Assembly: GCA_965235115.1 (NCBI GenBank)
Contig: OZ249436.1
Coordinates: 42,906,001-42,970,000, forward strand
From: Laetmonice hystrix
Lineage: Eukaryota
DNA length: 64,000 nt
Reading direction: 5' to 3'
Part shown: piece by piece, positions 63,691 to 64,000 of the stretch
Position numbering within the stretch: position 1 is the first letter of the stretch
Layout: each line of letters begins with the position of its first letter
Program-made: the position numbers and the translations under genes
Notes under the pieces: generated by a model
Seen by the model: only the letters and a program-made list of their open reading frames with translations
Told to the model about the DNA's origin: nothing
Databases searched by the model: none

Positions 63691-64000
63691 GTACCAGGGG
63701 CTAACATTACCACCAAGTTCAGGGGTAGGGTTGGTACCAGGGGCTAACATTACCACCAAGTTAAGTGGTAGGGTTGGTACCAGGGGCTAACATTACCACC
63801 AAGTTAAGTGGTAGGGTTGGTACCAGGGGCTAACATTACCACCAAGTTCAGGGGTAGGGTTGGTACCAGGGGCTAACATTACCACCAAGTTAAGTGGTAG
63901 GGTTGGTACCAGGGGCTAACATTACCACCAAGTTAAGTGGTAGGGTTGGTACCAGGGGCTAACATTACCACCAAGTTAAGTGGTAGGGTTGGTACCAGGG
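63684..64000 (+). repeat. 43-bp tandem array starting at the 5' splice site of exon G, at least 7 copies
   Basis: Unit gtaccaggggctaacattaccaccaagttaagtggtagggttg begins at the GT donor (63691); runs off window end. Confidence 0.95.

Overview
Eukaryotic, probably invertebrate, genomic DNA. The window is spanned by one + strand gene for a voltage-gated calcium channel alpha-2/delta / CACHD1-family (VWA + dCache) protein. Seven internal exons (3481-3633, 33545-33733, 59177-59413, 60098-60335, 60615-60874, 62341-62488, 63480-63690) join in frame through GT-AG introns, and the gene runs off both window ends. The first two introns are very large (~29.9 kb and ~25.4 kb). Roughly 40% of the window (manual estimate) is made of about 35 tandem arrays with 15-92 bp units that appear unrelated to each other. 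There are also several small TIR elements (TTA, TTAA and 10-bp TSD types) and a probable SINE remnant. The most striking observation is that four arrays are anchored exactly on splice junctions of the gene, so the real splice site is the terminal member of a row of 7-14 near-identical copies. For three of these arrays, every extra site gives a stop or frameshift. The 29-bp donor array after the first exon offers three in-frame alternative donors that rebuild the same junction. The long ORFs in the supplied track are tandem-repeat artefacts. No rRNA, tRNA or CRISPR array was recognised.
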